Of a stretch of DNA of 63,077 nt, positions 30,811-41,344 are shown in pieces. Position numbers and translations under genes: made by a program. Under the pieces are notes generated by a model. The model had not been told where the DNA came from. It saw only the letters and a program-made list of their open reading frames with translations, and searched no databases. Origin of the DNA: an uncultured Christensenellaceae bacterium (GTDB taxonomy: Bacteria > Bacillota > Clostridia > Christensenellales > DTU072); contig CAYSNP010000004.1 of assembly GCA_964432485.1 (NCBI GenBank), positions 24,319 to 87,395 of the forward strand. Direction: 5' to 3'. How positions within the stretch are numbered: position 1 is the first letter of the stretch; each line of letters opens with the position of its first letter.

Positions 30811-33297
30811 ATGAAAAAGATGCTAAAAGAACTATATTTTTTTGGACTACTTATTTTATTTACTTTACTGCTTAGCTTAAATAGCCCATTGTCCATTAAT
30901 GCATATGCTAATAGCGTTGGCATTATTTTGTATTTGGATAACTTTGAAGGGAATATTAGCATCCACGATGAGTTGTACAATAATGATAACGAGTCTTTAT
31001 ATTATATAGAACCTGAAGAAGAGTACAGAGCAGTTTCATCCGATATTTCTGGTTACGAAATTACTTTTTGTATAATGCCTACCAATCCTTTTATAGAATA
31101 TCAAGTTCAAATTGCAGAAGGAGAAATCGAATATTTTGCAGGAAATCAATGTTTTGTATGGATAAAAGATGCACCCTCTTGTAATATTACTCTTGGAGTT
31201 AAACAAGAAGAGGAAGCAGAGCCGCCCGCACCGCTTATGCTGATTGTAGAGTTTGATATAGGCGACGGCACAACTTTAGATGGGGATTTACTAATTCAAG
31301 AAGTGGCAGAAGGCGGCTCTGCTATAGAGCCGGATATTATCCCTCCTGAGGGCTATGATTTTCAGGGCTGGGATACTCCTTTTTCCGATATTTCATCAGA
31401 TATTGCAGTAAATGGAAAGATTACCATAAAAGCTGAATACAAAATATTAAAGTATCAAGTTAATTACTATACGGAAGGCGGGCTTTTTTCCACAATTGAG
31501 CAAGAATATAACTCTCTTTTAAAATTGCCTCTTAATGACCCTATTATGGAAGGGCATTACCTTTTGCATTGGGAAGACGAGAGTCAGATAGCCTACGACG
31601 AAACTTATAGAGTAACTGCAGACCTAGCTTTACATGCTGTCTTTAAGCGCAATCAATATACAATTACCTTTTATGACGGAGAAGCAGAGTTAGGAGAAAA
31701 AGTAGCCCTATTTGGTGATATTATACCCAAAATATTAAATCCGCAAAAGGACGGGTATAGCTTTGAAGGGTGGTATACTGATAAGAGTTTTCAAAACAAA
31801 TTGATTTATACAAGCGATAGCCCCATTGTGGAAGACAATACCGCTATATATGCAAAATTTCAGCTTAATAACATTATAATAACTTATAAGGACAACTTGC
31901 AAGGGGAGTATCAAACGCTTCAAGCCCCCGCTTTTAGCGTGCTGGTACTTGCCCCTGCCCTTACCATTGGCTATAAGATAGCAGTACAAGCAGTAGACTC
32001 CCAAGGAGCAGAATATGCAATAGAAAATATGGAGGTAACTTGCTCCTTTTATAATATAGAAATTACTTACACTTACGAAAAAGATACTTTTTATTTAGCA
32101 TTTGAATGTGCCCTTTTGCCTAGCATTGCTCCCGATACCATAGAAGCCCTTTTTGAGGAAGCAATTAACTTGCCTACTGTAGAAGAATACGGTTACTCCT
32201 TTTTAGGTTATTATCAAGACGAGCATTTTTCATTGCCTGCAGAATATATGACAATGCCTTACTCTGCCAATACGGATAAGACAACTACTCTATATATTAA
32301 GCTGCAAAAAAAGCAATATAATATTACTTTTGACTCTCAAGGCGCTCAAGAGTTTGATACTGTTATAGCAGAGTATATGGACAGCATTGACTTAGACGAA
32401 TACCGTCCAAATAGAGAAAATATGCTATTTTTAGGCTGGTTGGATTCTTTCGGGCAACTGCAAGAGCCTTTTAGCGGCACTTTTTTAGTAGAAAGAGATA
32501 CCCTTTTTACTGCAGTCTTTCAAATGATTAAAGAAAACTTTAATATTAGTTTTGTACTGCCAAGTTCCCTTACCTTTGATTTGCTTGACGGGCAGGAATA
32601 TGTTATTCCTGTAATATGCCCTGACACAATTACAATTAAGTATAAAGAAACGCCGGACATTCTTCCCGACCCGCAAGCGGAAGGACATATCTTTTTGGGC
32701 TGGTTTACAGATAGGGAGTGTGCCCAAAGCTATACTCCTTTGCCTATTGCTGATGACATTATCCTTTACGGATTATTCGAAACAGTTACGCTTACAGCAA
32801 CTTTTTGGTGCCGCAATCAAAAAATTGTCAAGAATGTAGAATATTACTCTCCTATGCCCACGCTGAACCCTTTAGAGGTGATAAGCGAATACTATACTTT
32901 TACAGGTTGGGATAAAACTGTTGACTATATCACCGAGGATATTGAATTTATTGCCCTTTATACCCCTTTATATAATATTGTTGTGCTTGATAAGGCCAAT
33001 CAAATGATAATAAGACCGCACGATTGCAAGCTGGATGCCTTTTTATCCTCTTTGGATTTAGCTCTTGAAGAAGACGAAGTTTTTTTGGGCTGGAAGCTGG
33101 AAGTTTATGACCAAGACACAAATACTTTTGCCTATGTGCCCAATATAGTTAAGACAACTCAATCGGGCATTATAGACGAAAAAGATTTAATGCTACTTTG
33201 CTCCCTTATAGCTAACTTATTATTGCTTGTATCCCTTATGCTAATCATTATTTCTTTTAAGGTCAAGGCAAAGACATTAAAATTGAAAAAGTTTTAA
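30811..33297 (+). CDS. Acidic surface protein with ~8-9 InlB-B (Listeria/Bacteroides)-type repeats and a C-terminal membrane anchor
   Basis: Signal peptide; recurring Y.ITF...P..EGY.F.GW..D...LYAKF units; hydrophobic C-terminus followed by a Lys-rich tail. Confidence 0.8.
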   Translation: MKKMLKELYFFGLLILFTLLLSLNSPLSINAYANSVGIILYLDNFEGNISIHDELYNNDNESLYYIEPEEEYRAVSSDISGYEITFCIMPTNPFIEYQVQIAEGEIEYFAGNQCFVWIKDAPSCNITLGVKQEEEAEPPAPLMLIVEFDIGDGTTLDGDLLIQEVAEGGSAIEPDIIPPEGYDFQGWDTPFSDISSDIAVNGKITIKAEYKILKYQVNYYTEGGLFSTIEQEYNSLLKLPLNDPIMEGHYLLHWEDESQIAYDETYRVTADLALHAVFKRNQYTITFYDGEAELGEKVALFGDIIPKILNPQKDGYSFEGWYTDKSFQNKLIYTSDSPIVEDNTAIYAKFQLNNIIITYKDNLQGEYQTLQAPAFSVLVLAPALTIGYKIAVQAVDSQGAEYAIENMEVTCSFYNIEITYTYEKDTFYLAFECALLPSIAPDTIEALFEEAINLPTVEEYGYSFLGYYQDEHFSLPAEYMTMPYSANTDKTTTLYIKLQKKQYNITFDSQGAQEFDTVIAEYMDSIDLDEYRPNRENMLFLGWLDSFGQLQEPFSGTFLVERDTLFTAVFQMIKENFNISFVLPSSLTFDLLDGQEYVIPVICPDTITIKYKETPDILPDPQAEGHIFLGWFTDRECAQSYTPLPIADDIILYGLFETVTLTATFWCRNQKIVKNVEYYSPMPTLNPLEVISEYYTFTGWDKTVDYITEDIEFIALYTPLYNIVVLDKANQMIIRPHDCKLDAFLSSLDLALEEDEVFLGWKLEVYDQDTNTFAYVPNIVKTTQSGIIDEKDLMLLCSLIANLLLLVSLMLIIISFKVKAKTLKLKKF

Positions 33298-33317
33298 GCT
33301 ACTCTAAAAGGAAATAA

Positions 33318-33346
33318 TTGATAATACAATAATCTTATTGTATAAT
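33318..33346 (+). promoter_or_regulatory. sigma-A promoter
   Basis: TTGATA, 17 nt, TATAAT with extended TG. Confidence 0.7.
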
Positions 33347-33360
33347 ATTTTGGGGTAGCT

Positions 33361-35058
33361 ATGAATAAGTTTGTTGAATTTTATAAAGGCAATAAAAGGG
33401 TAGCATTGTTTGCTACTGTCCTTGCAGTATCGATATCACTAATTTTGCTGTTTTTCGGGCTGTCAATGCTTGCTTTTATATCCGCTGTTTTGCTTGTACT
33501 ACTTGCGGCAGCGATGCTGGTAAGCATAGCGGTAAAAGATAAGCTGGCCCTTTTTTTACTTGCGCCTTTTGTAGCCATTATCATAGGGCTTTTGATAGCA
33601 AATATCTTTTGGGGGGCGGAAAGTTTTGCTAAAAGGCTTTTTTATAACTTAGCCTTTTTAATTGTACCCATTGCAGGCGTCTACATTTTGTTTAACAATC
33701 AACGATTCCCTAAAATAGCAAGTAAAAAATTTACAGCTTTAATTACCCTTTCCGCAGTAAGCGTTGCATGCATAACCTATGTGTTTATGTTGCCGCTTAG
33801 GTATAAACCAAATGTAGCTCCAATGACCAAAGGATACAGCGCATATTTTGCTTCAGAAAAGCAAGCCAAACCCAATGCCCCTAATGTACTGCTTATCAAT
33901 ACTGATATTGATATAGACTCTTTGCCTTGTTACGGCGGCAATAATGAAACACCTAATATTTGCGCGTTAGCAGAAGATGGAATGGTATTTTTGAATTACT
34001 TTTCTCAAACTAACAAAGAGTTTGCCTTGCTTACGGGCAGATATCCGGAGCGTGGCGGGCTAAACAATGCGATATACCCTACCAAAACTTCGGCTTTATC
34101 CCGATATAACAATGCTTTTCTCTCCTCAAACAATGTCAATGGCATTTTAGGAGACGAAATATCTCTCCCCGCAATATTACAGGCAGGGGGTTATAGCTGT
34201 GGGTGCTTTGGGATATGGAATTTGGGCGATTATGGACAATACTTGCCTACCAAGCATGGATTTGACAATTTTTATGGCAGTTATTTTGCCGGCAGCTCCT
34301 TTGCAATAGTAAATGAAAAAGAGGGAAAAGCAGAACTTATAAGCCGCTCAAAAGATATAGACAGCATAACTATAAAGGCACAAGAGTATATATCACAAAA
34401 GGCCGACACTAAGTTTTTTATAGAATATTCTATGCCCTTGCAGCCTTTTGCAGGCAAAAACAGCGTATCTGCTCAAGATATCCTTGCTTTTGATAAGCAA
34501 GTGGGCGCACTTATAGATACGCTTAAAACAAAAGACCTATACGATACAACTTTAATAATACTTTCCGGCGGTACGCAAGATAGCTTTGGCAGGGCGCCTT
34601 TTATTGTTACATATATTAATGGCAATCTTAACTCAGGCAATTATGCAGGCAGAGAGCTAACCGCTCCTATTGCAACAATAGATGTTTATCCTACTGTACT
34701 TAATTTTGCCGGTCTTACCAAACCTAGCGATAGGGAGATAGATGGGGTTGACCTTTACAATTTATTAAAAGCCTTTATTTATGGAGATAGCAAACTACAT
34801 AGTGCACTTTACTTTTTTAAGGGAGGCAAGCCTGTGGCAATATTAAAGAGAGAAAGCATAGACAGCAAGAATTATGATTTTCTTTACTACACTAAAGCTG
34901 CTAGTAGCAGTCGCACAGAAGCCTTGTTCAATCTTACTTTAGACCGACAGGAAAAAGAAAACCTAGCTACGCAAGAGCAAAATATAGCCCAATCTTTAAG
35001 TGATAACCTTAAAGATTATGCCCGCACCTTTTCAAAAAATAAACGAGGTGCGGCATAA
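33361..35058 (+). CDS. Membrane-anchored sulfatase-fold protein lacking the catalytic C/SxPxR motif
   Basis: About 4 N-terminal TM helices; PNVLLI, CYG..NETPNI.AL..DG..F, ALLTGRYP, LPTKHGFDNFYG, IDVYPT, IDGVDL, LFNL..D..E..NLA. Confidence 0.8.
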   Translation: MNKFVEFYKGNKRVALFATVLAVSISLILLFFGLSMLAFISAVLLVLLAAAMLVSIAVKDKLALFLLAPFVAIIIGLLIANIFWGAESFAKRLFYNLAFLIVPIAGVYILFNNQRFPKIASKKFTALITLSAVSVACITYVFMLPLRYKPNVAPMTKGYSAYFASEKQAKPNAPNVLLINTDIDIDSLPCYGGNNETPNICALAEDGMVFLNYFSQTNKEFALLTGRYPERGGLNNAIYPTKTSALSRYNNAFLSSNNVNGILGDEISLPAILQAGGYSCGCFGIWNLGDYGQYLPTKHGFDNFYGSYFAGSSFAIVNEKEGKAELISRSKDIDSITIKAQEYISQKADTKFFIEYSMPLQPFAGKNSVSAQDILAFDKQVGALIDTLKTKDLYDTTLIILSGGTQDSFGRAPFIVTYINGNLNSGNYAGRELTAPIATIDVYPTVLNFAGLTKPSDREIDGVDLYNLLKAFIYGDSKLHSALYFFKGGKPVAILKRESIDSKNYDFLYYTKAASSSRTEALFNLTLDRQEKENLATQEQNIAQSLSDNLKDYARTFSKNKRGAA

Positions 35059-35134
35059 GAGTATCAAAGCAAAAGGTGCATACTTGCTTTTTGTTTGGCA
35101 TATTTGCTATAATGGTTTTCTAAAAAGGTGACTT

Positions 35135-37486
35135 ATGTTAAAATTAAAGGATATTAAAAAGAATTACTATGTAACGGGGCAAACTATACCTGCTTTGCAA
35201 GGGATAAGCCTGGAGTTTGGCACCAACGAATTTGTATGCATATTAGGTCCTTCCGGATGCGGCAAAACTACGCTAATGAATATTATTGGCGGGCTTGACC
35301 AGGCCACCGGCGGAGAGATATGCTACAACGATATTTCTACCAAGAAGTTTAAGGATATAGATTGGGACAATTACCGTAATAAAAAGATAGGTTTTGTTTT
35401 TCAAAGTTATAATTTGATACCGCACGCCAGCATACTTGCCAATGTTGCCCTTGCGCTTACTCTTTCCGGAGCAACGCCTGCGGAGCGGCATGCAAGGGCA
35501 AAGGAAGTGCTTGACAGAGTTGGACTTTCTACAGAATATAATAAGAAGCCTAATCAGCTTTCAGGCGGACAAATGCAAAGGGTGGCAATAGCAAGAGCTA
35601 TTATCAATTCGCCCGAAGTGCTGCTTTTGGATGAACCAACGGGCGCTTTGGATACCCAAACCAGCATACAGATACTTGATTTGATAAAAGAGATAGGCAA
35701 AGATAAGTTGGTAATAATGGTCACTCACAACTCCGAGCTTGCTCAAATGTATGGTACCAGGGTAATACATATGCGGGACGGTCTGATTCTTAGCGATTCC
35801 AATCCTTATTATGAAAAAGTAAAGATAGTATCTTCCGCTGCTCCAAGAGCTCAACGCAGTTCCATTTTCAAAAGGGATAAAACCAGTATGTCTTTTATTA
35901 CAGCTTTAGGGTTATCTTTAACCAATTTGCTAACTAAAAAAGGCAGAACAATTATGACTTCTGTAGCAGGCTCTATCGGCATTATCGGGATTGCGCTTAT
36001 TCTTTCACTTTCCAATGGGATGAATCTTTTTATTAGCAAAATGCAAACGGATACTCTTGCGGGATATCCTATTACTATTACCACTACCGCTATAGATGTG
36101 GCACAAGCTATGAAAATGATGCGTCAACAAAGCAATTCTACAGTAGAATATGAAAAATTCCCTATTGTGCGCAAGGTGTTTGCGGAAAAAAGCATTAACA
36201 TTATGGATATAATCTCCAGAAATGATATTACCAGAGAATATATAAATTACATAGAAACCAATTTAGATAAAGCTACTTATAACGATATAACTTATAAAAC
36301 AGGCTTAAACTTAAATGCATTTGGCATTAAGGCAGGGCGCAGCAATTATTCCAAAATCAATATAAGCGGCGATTCTATAGTTTCTAATCCATTGAGCAGC
36401 GGCGCAACTTGGCAAATGCTACTATCCGAAGATTTCTTATCAACTCAATATGATGTGCTTGCGGGTTCAATGCCTAGCAGCAAAGAGGATATTGTGCTTA
36501 TAATCAATGAAAGCAACCACTTGTTTAATCAGGCTTTAGATGCACTTTTTTTAAGAGAGAACCGCAATGTAGACGCAATTGATTTTGATGAGATAATAGA
36601 TAAGAAGTATAAGATTTTTACCAATGATGAGCTTTATAAAAAGGTAGGAAACAAATATACAGAGAGAGCAGAATCCGAACTGGATTATGATGCTGCTTTA
36701 ACTGTAAGGATTTCGGGGATACTGCGTATTAAAAAGGGGATTGAGACAGGTGCGCTAATACAAGGTATTGGCTATACAAAAGGGCTATACAATTGGCTAC
36801 AGACAGAAAATATGAACTCAGAAATTATCGAATGGATGAAAGAAGAAGGCAATGAGAAAAAGAGCCCGCTTACCGGCAATAATACGGAAAACAGAGATAG
36901 TATTTTCAGAGCTTTAGGCGGTAACGATATACCTGACGAAATTAATATATATCCCGTAGATTTTGCCTCAAAAGAGGTAATTAAGCGTACTCTTGACGCC
37001 TACAATACAACCTCAAGCAACAAGATTATGTATATAGATATGTCTGAAATTATGGGCGAAATGCTTAAAACTTTTATTAATATAATTAGCTGGGTGCTTA
37101 TTGCGTTTACAGCTATTTCGCTGATTGTATCAAGTATAATGATAAGCATAATTACCTATGTATCAGTACTGGAGCGCACTAAAGAAATAGGTATCCTTAG
37201 AGCAATAGGCGCGCGTAAGATAGATATCAGCAGGGTATTTAATGCAGAAACTTTTATTATAGGGCTAATATCAGGTATGGTGGGCGTTGTTATTGCCTTG
37301 CTTTTAACTGTTCCTATCAATATGCTGACCCGCACTTACTTAGAAGTGGATAAACTGGCTGTGTTAGGGTTGCTCTCCGGTGCTATCCTTATACTTATAA
37401 GCATAGGGCTTACTGTGCTTTCAGGGCTTATCCCTGCCAGAAAAGCGGCTAAAAAAGACCCTGTCTTGGCTTTGCGCACAGAGTAA
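35135..37486 (+). CDS. ABC transporter ATP-binding/permease fusion (MacB/FtsX-type)
   Basis: GPSGCGKT, LSGGQMQR, LLLDEP, VTH, ERTKEIGILRAIGA, PARKAAKKDP. Confidence 0.93.
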   Translation: MLKLKDIKKNYYVTGQTIPALQGISLEFGTNEFVCILGPSGCGKTTLMNIIGGLDQATGGEICYNDISTKKFKDIDWDNYRNKKIGFVFQSYNLIPHASILANVALALTLSGATPAERHARAKEVLDRVGLSTEYNKKPNQLSGGQMQRVAIARAIINSPEVLLLDEPTGALDTQTSIQILDLIKEIGKDKLVIMVTHNSELAQMYGTRVIHMRDGLILSDSNPYYEKVKIVSSAAPRAQRSSIFKRDKTSMSFITALGLSLTNLLTKKGRTIMTSVAGSIGIIGIALILSLSNGMNLFISKMQTDTLAGYPITITTTAIDVAQAMKMMRQQSNSTVEYEKFPIVRKVFAEKSINIMDIISRNDITREYINYIETNLDKATYNDITYKTGLNLNAFGIKAGRSNYSKINISGDSIVSNPLSSGATWQMLLSEDFLSTQYDVLAGSMPSSKEDIVLIINESNHLFNQALDALFLRENRNVDAIDFDEIIDKKYKIFTNDELYKKVGNKYTERAESELDYDAALTVRISGILRIKKGIETGALIQGIGYTKGLYNWLQTENMNSEIIEWMKEEGNEKKSPLTGNNTENRDSIFRALGGNDIPDEINIYPVDFASKEVIKRTLDAYNTTSSNKIMYIDMSEIMGEMLKTFINIISWVLIAFTAISLIVSSIMISIITYVSVLERTKEIGILRAIGARKIDISRVFNAETFIIGLISGMVGVVIALLLTVPINMLTRTYLEVDKLAVLGLLSGAILILISIGLTVLSGLIPARKAAKKDPVLALRTE

Positions 37487-37581
37487 GACTGTCAATGCTG
37501 ATATATTGTAACAATATTTATCCTTATACAAAGCAATGCATAAAAGCTGAGGATTTCTTATAAACTACATAAAATGGCTAA

Positions 37582-37610
37582 TTGACAAAGTTGTTAATAA
37601 ATATTATAAT
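37582..37610 (+). promoter_or_regulatory. Consensus sigma-A promoter
   Basis: TTGACA, 17 nt, TATAAT. Confidence 0.85.
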
Positions 37611-37647
37611 TCAAGTGTAACACTTGCAAAAAAAAAGGAGGCCGAAA

Positions 37648-39441
37648 ATGAAAAATAAAAAGATATTAATTTTAGTTTTATTATTAACATTACTGCTAGT
37701 TTTTAGCTTAGGAGGCTGTAGCTTTCTGGCAAGACTTTTTGGTAGGGACAATGGCACAGATGATGAGCCATCTCCTACAGACCAACCTTTAACTGAACAA
37801 GAAATATTGAATTTAACAAGCAACCCTATTGATACATCATCCAGCTTTACGCTATATATTGTCATTGACACAATGGGCGTATCGGGTATGACGCAAATAG
37901 ATTGCCAAGTAGTAGATGGTATCCCTAATCTCCGAATAGAGAAAGAAAACGATGATGCAACAGGTACAGAGGAGACTTATATATTAAAGCTAGCCGGAGA
38001 GTATGGCTTTCAACAAATAGAGGTAAGCAGATCTTATGTCGGCGAAACTACTACTAAAGTAAAAAGGTTGTCCGAAATACAAGCGCAAATGAAAATGAAC
38101 AGCTTAATTCTTGATACAGTTCCCTTTTTACATGAATATATTCCTGAGATTAAGAAGTTAGGATTGCTGGCAAAATCTTATGATAGCTCTTTGGGCAACT
38201 TAGAGATGTCAGGCGTGCGTCATATCAATGCCCAAAACCAACTTGAATCTATAGAAATCAATGCAAGCTCAAAGATAGTGCTAGATTTTGTTAACAGAGC
38301 GGGTGCATTTAGCTACTATAATAAATTCAACTCTCAAACTAAATTGACTGAGGCTAAAGTACAATTCATATTGGATAAGGAGTATCTGCCTACCAATTAT
38401 GATTACGAAACAACCAGCAAAAAAGATATTCTTTCTGCTAATGTTTCAATAGAATATGGCAATGTTAGCATACAAACTCCAAATCTTGACAATGCTATTA
38501 ACCTTGATGCTTCTGAAATTCAAATTCAATTGGTTGATAATTATGGCGTTACTCTTGACGGACTTTACCAAGAAAGTTTTATAACAGGGTCAGAGATAGG
38601 GGCAGGCGATGTTAATATGTCAGCGCAAACTGTTGAAATGCAGTTTCAAGGTATTTATTATGATTCGGATTATAAATACCCTATCGGCAACACTATAAAT
38701 ACCGGATTTACTACCCCGCTAAGATTATATTGTAATTGGAAAGGAACAAAAGTTAATTTACAACTAAATGGCGGTGTTCTTGAAGAAGAACAAGAGTATT
38801 TTATACTTGGTAAGTATACGGATCTTGAGCCTATCAGATCGGGATATGAGTTTGGCGGCTGGTATAAAGACCAAAACTATACAGAAAAATTAGAGAGTTG
38901 GGATGCAACGCTAACAGATACCGCAATTACCCTTTATGCAAAATGGACTCCCTATGTAAAAATTACCCTTAATGCAGGAGTAAGCTATAAGCTTCTACCA
39001 ATTATCGGTGTAGCCGGCAAGCCAATTGCTTATCCTGTCGGAGATGCTATTAATAAAAAAGGGCATTTATTTGATGATTGGTGGCAAGATGCGGCTCTTA
39101 CTCAAGTTAAACTTGCAGCCTTCCCTGCTGCTTCTACAACGGCATATGCCTCTTTTAAGGAAGCCTGGGTAGTTACTTTATCTCAGCATGCCGATTATAA
39201 GCTGGATCACTTGCCCAAATATGTTAATATAGCAAAGAATCCTGCCAATCCTGCAACTGCTTTTAATGCACTTATTCAAAAAATAACGGAAGGTAATAAT
39301 GCTATTACTTTTGGCGGCGAGGGCGGAGGCTATATTTTTGATAAATGGTATCTTGATAGTGCTTTCACTACTCCTTTTACTGAATATCCTACCGGTAATA
39401 TTACTTTATATGCAGGCTTCAAAACAGCACAGCCAATCTAA
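37648..39441 (+). CDS. Lipoprotein with C-terminal InlB-B-type repeats (paralog A)
   Basis: SD AAGGAGG; lipobox LGGC; PIRSGYEFGGWYKD...ITLYAKW; collinear with 39560-41314. Confidence 0.8.
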   Translation: MKNKKILILVLLLTLLLVFSLGGCSFLARLFGRDNGTDDEPSPTDQPLTEQEILNLTSNPIDTSSSFTLYIVIDTMGVSGMTQIDCQVVDGIPNLRIEKENDDATGTEETYILKLAGEYGFQQIEVSRSYVGETTTKVKRLSEIQAQMKMNSLILDTVPFLHEYIPEIKKLGLLAKSYDSSLGNLEMSGVRHINAQNQLESIEINASSKIVLDFVNRAGAFSYYNKFNSQTKLTEAKVQFILDKEYLPTNYDYETTSKKDILSANVSIEYGNVSIQTPNLDNAINLDASEIQIQLVDNYGVTLDGLYQESFITGSEIGAGDVNMSAQTVEMQFQGIYYDSDYKYPIGNTINTGFTTPLRLYCNWKGTKVNLQLNGGVLEEEQEYFILGKYTDLEPIRSGYEFGGWYKDQNYTEKLESWDATLTDTAITLYAKWTPYVKITLNAGVSYKLLPIIGVAGKPIAYPVGDAINKKGHLFDDWWQDAALTQVKLAAFPAASTTAYASFKEAWVVTLSQHADYKLDHLPKYVNIAKNPANPATAFNALIQKITEGNNAITFGGEGGGYIFDKWYLDSAFTTPFTEYPTGNITLYAGFKTAQPI

Positions 39442-39453
39442 AAACTAAACTTG

Positions 39454-39486
39454 AGCCCCGCTTAAGTGCGGGGCTTGCTTTTCTTT
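39454..39486 (+). terminator. Intrinsic terminator
   Basis: AGCCCCGC, 6-nt loop, GCGGGGCT, then a T-rich tail. Confidence 0.8.
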
Positions 39487-39487
39487 A

Positions 39488-39516
39488 TTGACAAACGGGT
39501 AAGAATGCCTTACAAT
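39488..39516 (+). promoter_or_regulatory. sigma-A promoter
   Basis: TTGACA, 17 nt, TACAAT. Confidence 0.8.
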
Positions 39517-39559
39517 TTAAGTAAATAATGGAGAAGCAAAATCTCAAGAGGAGAAAAAT

Positions 39560-41314
39560 ATGAAAAGTAAAAAATTGTTAACGCTAACTTTATTGCTGCT
39601 ACTAATATCTGTATTGACTCTTTCTGCATGCGGCAAACGGCCTGATGGTCCTACGCCAACACCTGATGACCCGCCTGTGTTACAACATCCTCTTAGCGAA
39701 CAAGAAATAGCTGCCTTATTTACAAAGCTAGTGGATACCAGCTCAAGTTTTACCCTAAACAAGACATACTACTCAGGCGGAAGTGACAGCGGGGTAGAGC
39801 TAAAGTATAGTGCGGGGACAAGCCCTAAGGCATATGTTGCTGACAGATATGAGCAACAAGTAAGCGAATATTATTTGGGTAAAAAGGGAGATACTTATTA
39901 TTACTTTGGAATTGAGGATTCAGATGTAGGATATCAAAAACTTACTGATATTCAATTTCAGTTATTAATAAATGATTTACTTGAAGAGTATACTATTGAC
40001 TCAGATTTTTTTGTAATGTTAAACCAAGATAGTATAATAGCTAAAAGTATTGACGAATCTCTTGGCATTGTTAGTTTAGCAGGCACACGCTTTGTTAATG
40101 AGCAACAGGAATTAGAGCGCATAGAAATTACTGCTTTTTGCAAAAACGCATATGGTTATTTTGCAGAAGCTGTCAACTATTCTTTTGAATTTGATAATCA
40201 AGAGCGACTTAATAAGATAACGTATGATAGCCAAATAGATGCTGAGTATCTGCCTACAAGCTTATCTTTAGACATGCAAGAAGAATACAATAGCAGCAGA
40301 ACAATCACAATTGAGTATGGCGAGGTAGAGATTACATTGCCCGGACTTGCTGACGGAGAAGATATAAGTGCGTCTACTGTATCATTATACTTAGTTGATA
40401 GTTACGGAGTAGAGTTATCAGAATATAGTTTTGACGCAGACACAGAAATAACTATTGCAGACTATCTATCCGTACCTGAAGCTGTTGAGCCATTTTTTGA
40501 AGGGCTGTATTATGACTACCAGTACCAGCATCCTGTAAGCAATACTTTAGAATTAGGTTGCTTCCAACACTATGAACTTTATTGCAAATGGAATATTCCA
40601 AAGGTAACATTAGAGCCTAACGGAGGACAGCTTTTATTTTCTCAAACGCTATATTCGCTAAATGATTGTTATTATTACGACCCCGTACGAACAGGTTATG
40701 CGTTTGCAGGATGGCATGCGGACTCCGAGTTGACCCAAGAAATTGACGAGGACAATTACGACCTTATAGTTGCGCCTATTACGCTTTATGCAAAGTGGCA
40801 GCCATATGTAAAGGTGGTATTTAACGCTGACTTAGGCTATAAAGTGCTACCCAAAATAGGATTAGAAGGCGAAGAAATTTATTACCCTGATACCTATATA
40901 GCTAAAAAAGAATATATCTTTAGAGGCTGGTATTCAGACGAAGAAACGGCTATCCCTGCGCCTATGCAATTCCCTGCCAGCTCTATTACGGTTTACGCTC
41001 AGTTTGAACATGCTTGGTGTATTACTTTTGTGCAAGACCCTAAGTTTAATATTAAATATTCTACCAAATATATTAATGTAGAAAAACTGGCAGAGCCTAC
41101 GCAAGACGATTTTGAGGGAGTATATACATCAATTACTTACCATTTTTATCTTGTAGACGGAGATGGAGAGCGAAGAGTCTTTGACGCTGGCGGCGGCAAG
41201 CGCTATATTTTTGACGACTGGTATACAGACCCATCTTATTTACACAAGTTTTCCGAATACCCCGATGCAAACATGGTGCTATACGCTAAGTTTGATATTT
41301 ATAATCCTGATTAA
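39560..41314 (+). CDS. Lipoprotein with C-terminal InlB-B-type repeats (paralog B)
   Basis: Lipobox LSAC; Pro-rich linker; DTSSSFTL, EYLPT, LVDSYGV, PVRTGYAFAGW, ITLYAKW match paralog A. Confidence 0.8.
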   Translation: MKSKKLLTLTLLLLLISVLTLSACGKRPDGPTPTPDDPPVLQHPLSEQEIAALFTKLVDTSSSFTLNKTYYSGGSDSGVELKYSAGTSPKAYVADRYEQQVSEYYLGKKGDTYYYFGIEDSDVGYQKLTDIQFQLLINDLLEEYTIDSDFFVMLNQDSIIAKSIDESLGIVSLAGTRFVNEQQELERIEITAFCKNAYGYFAEAVNYSFEFDNQERLNKITYDSQIDAEYLPTSLSLDMQEEYNSSRTITIEYGEVEITLPGLADGEDISASTVSLYLVDSYGVELSEYSFDADTEITIADYLSVPEAVEPFFEGLYYDYQYQHPVSNTLELGCFQHYELYCKWNIPKVTLEPNGGQLLFSQTLYSLNDCYYYDPVRTGYAFAGWHADSELTQEIDEDNYDLIVAPITLYAKWQPYVKVVFNADLGYKVLPKIGLEGEEIYYPDTYIAKKEYIFRGWYSDEETAIPAPMQFPASSITVYAQFEHAWCITFVQDPKFNIKYSTKYINVEKLAEPTQDDFEGVYTSITYHFYLVDGDGERRVFDAGGGKRYIFDDWYTDPSYLHKFSEYPDANMVLYAKFDIYNPD

Positions 41315-41344
41315 AACTATTCTTTTCTTAATTAATTAAAACTT

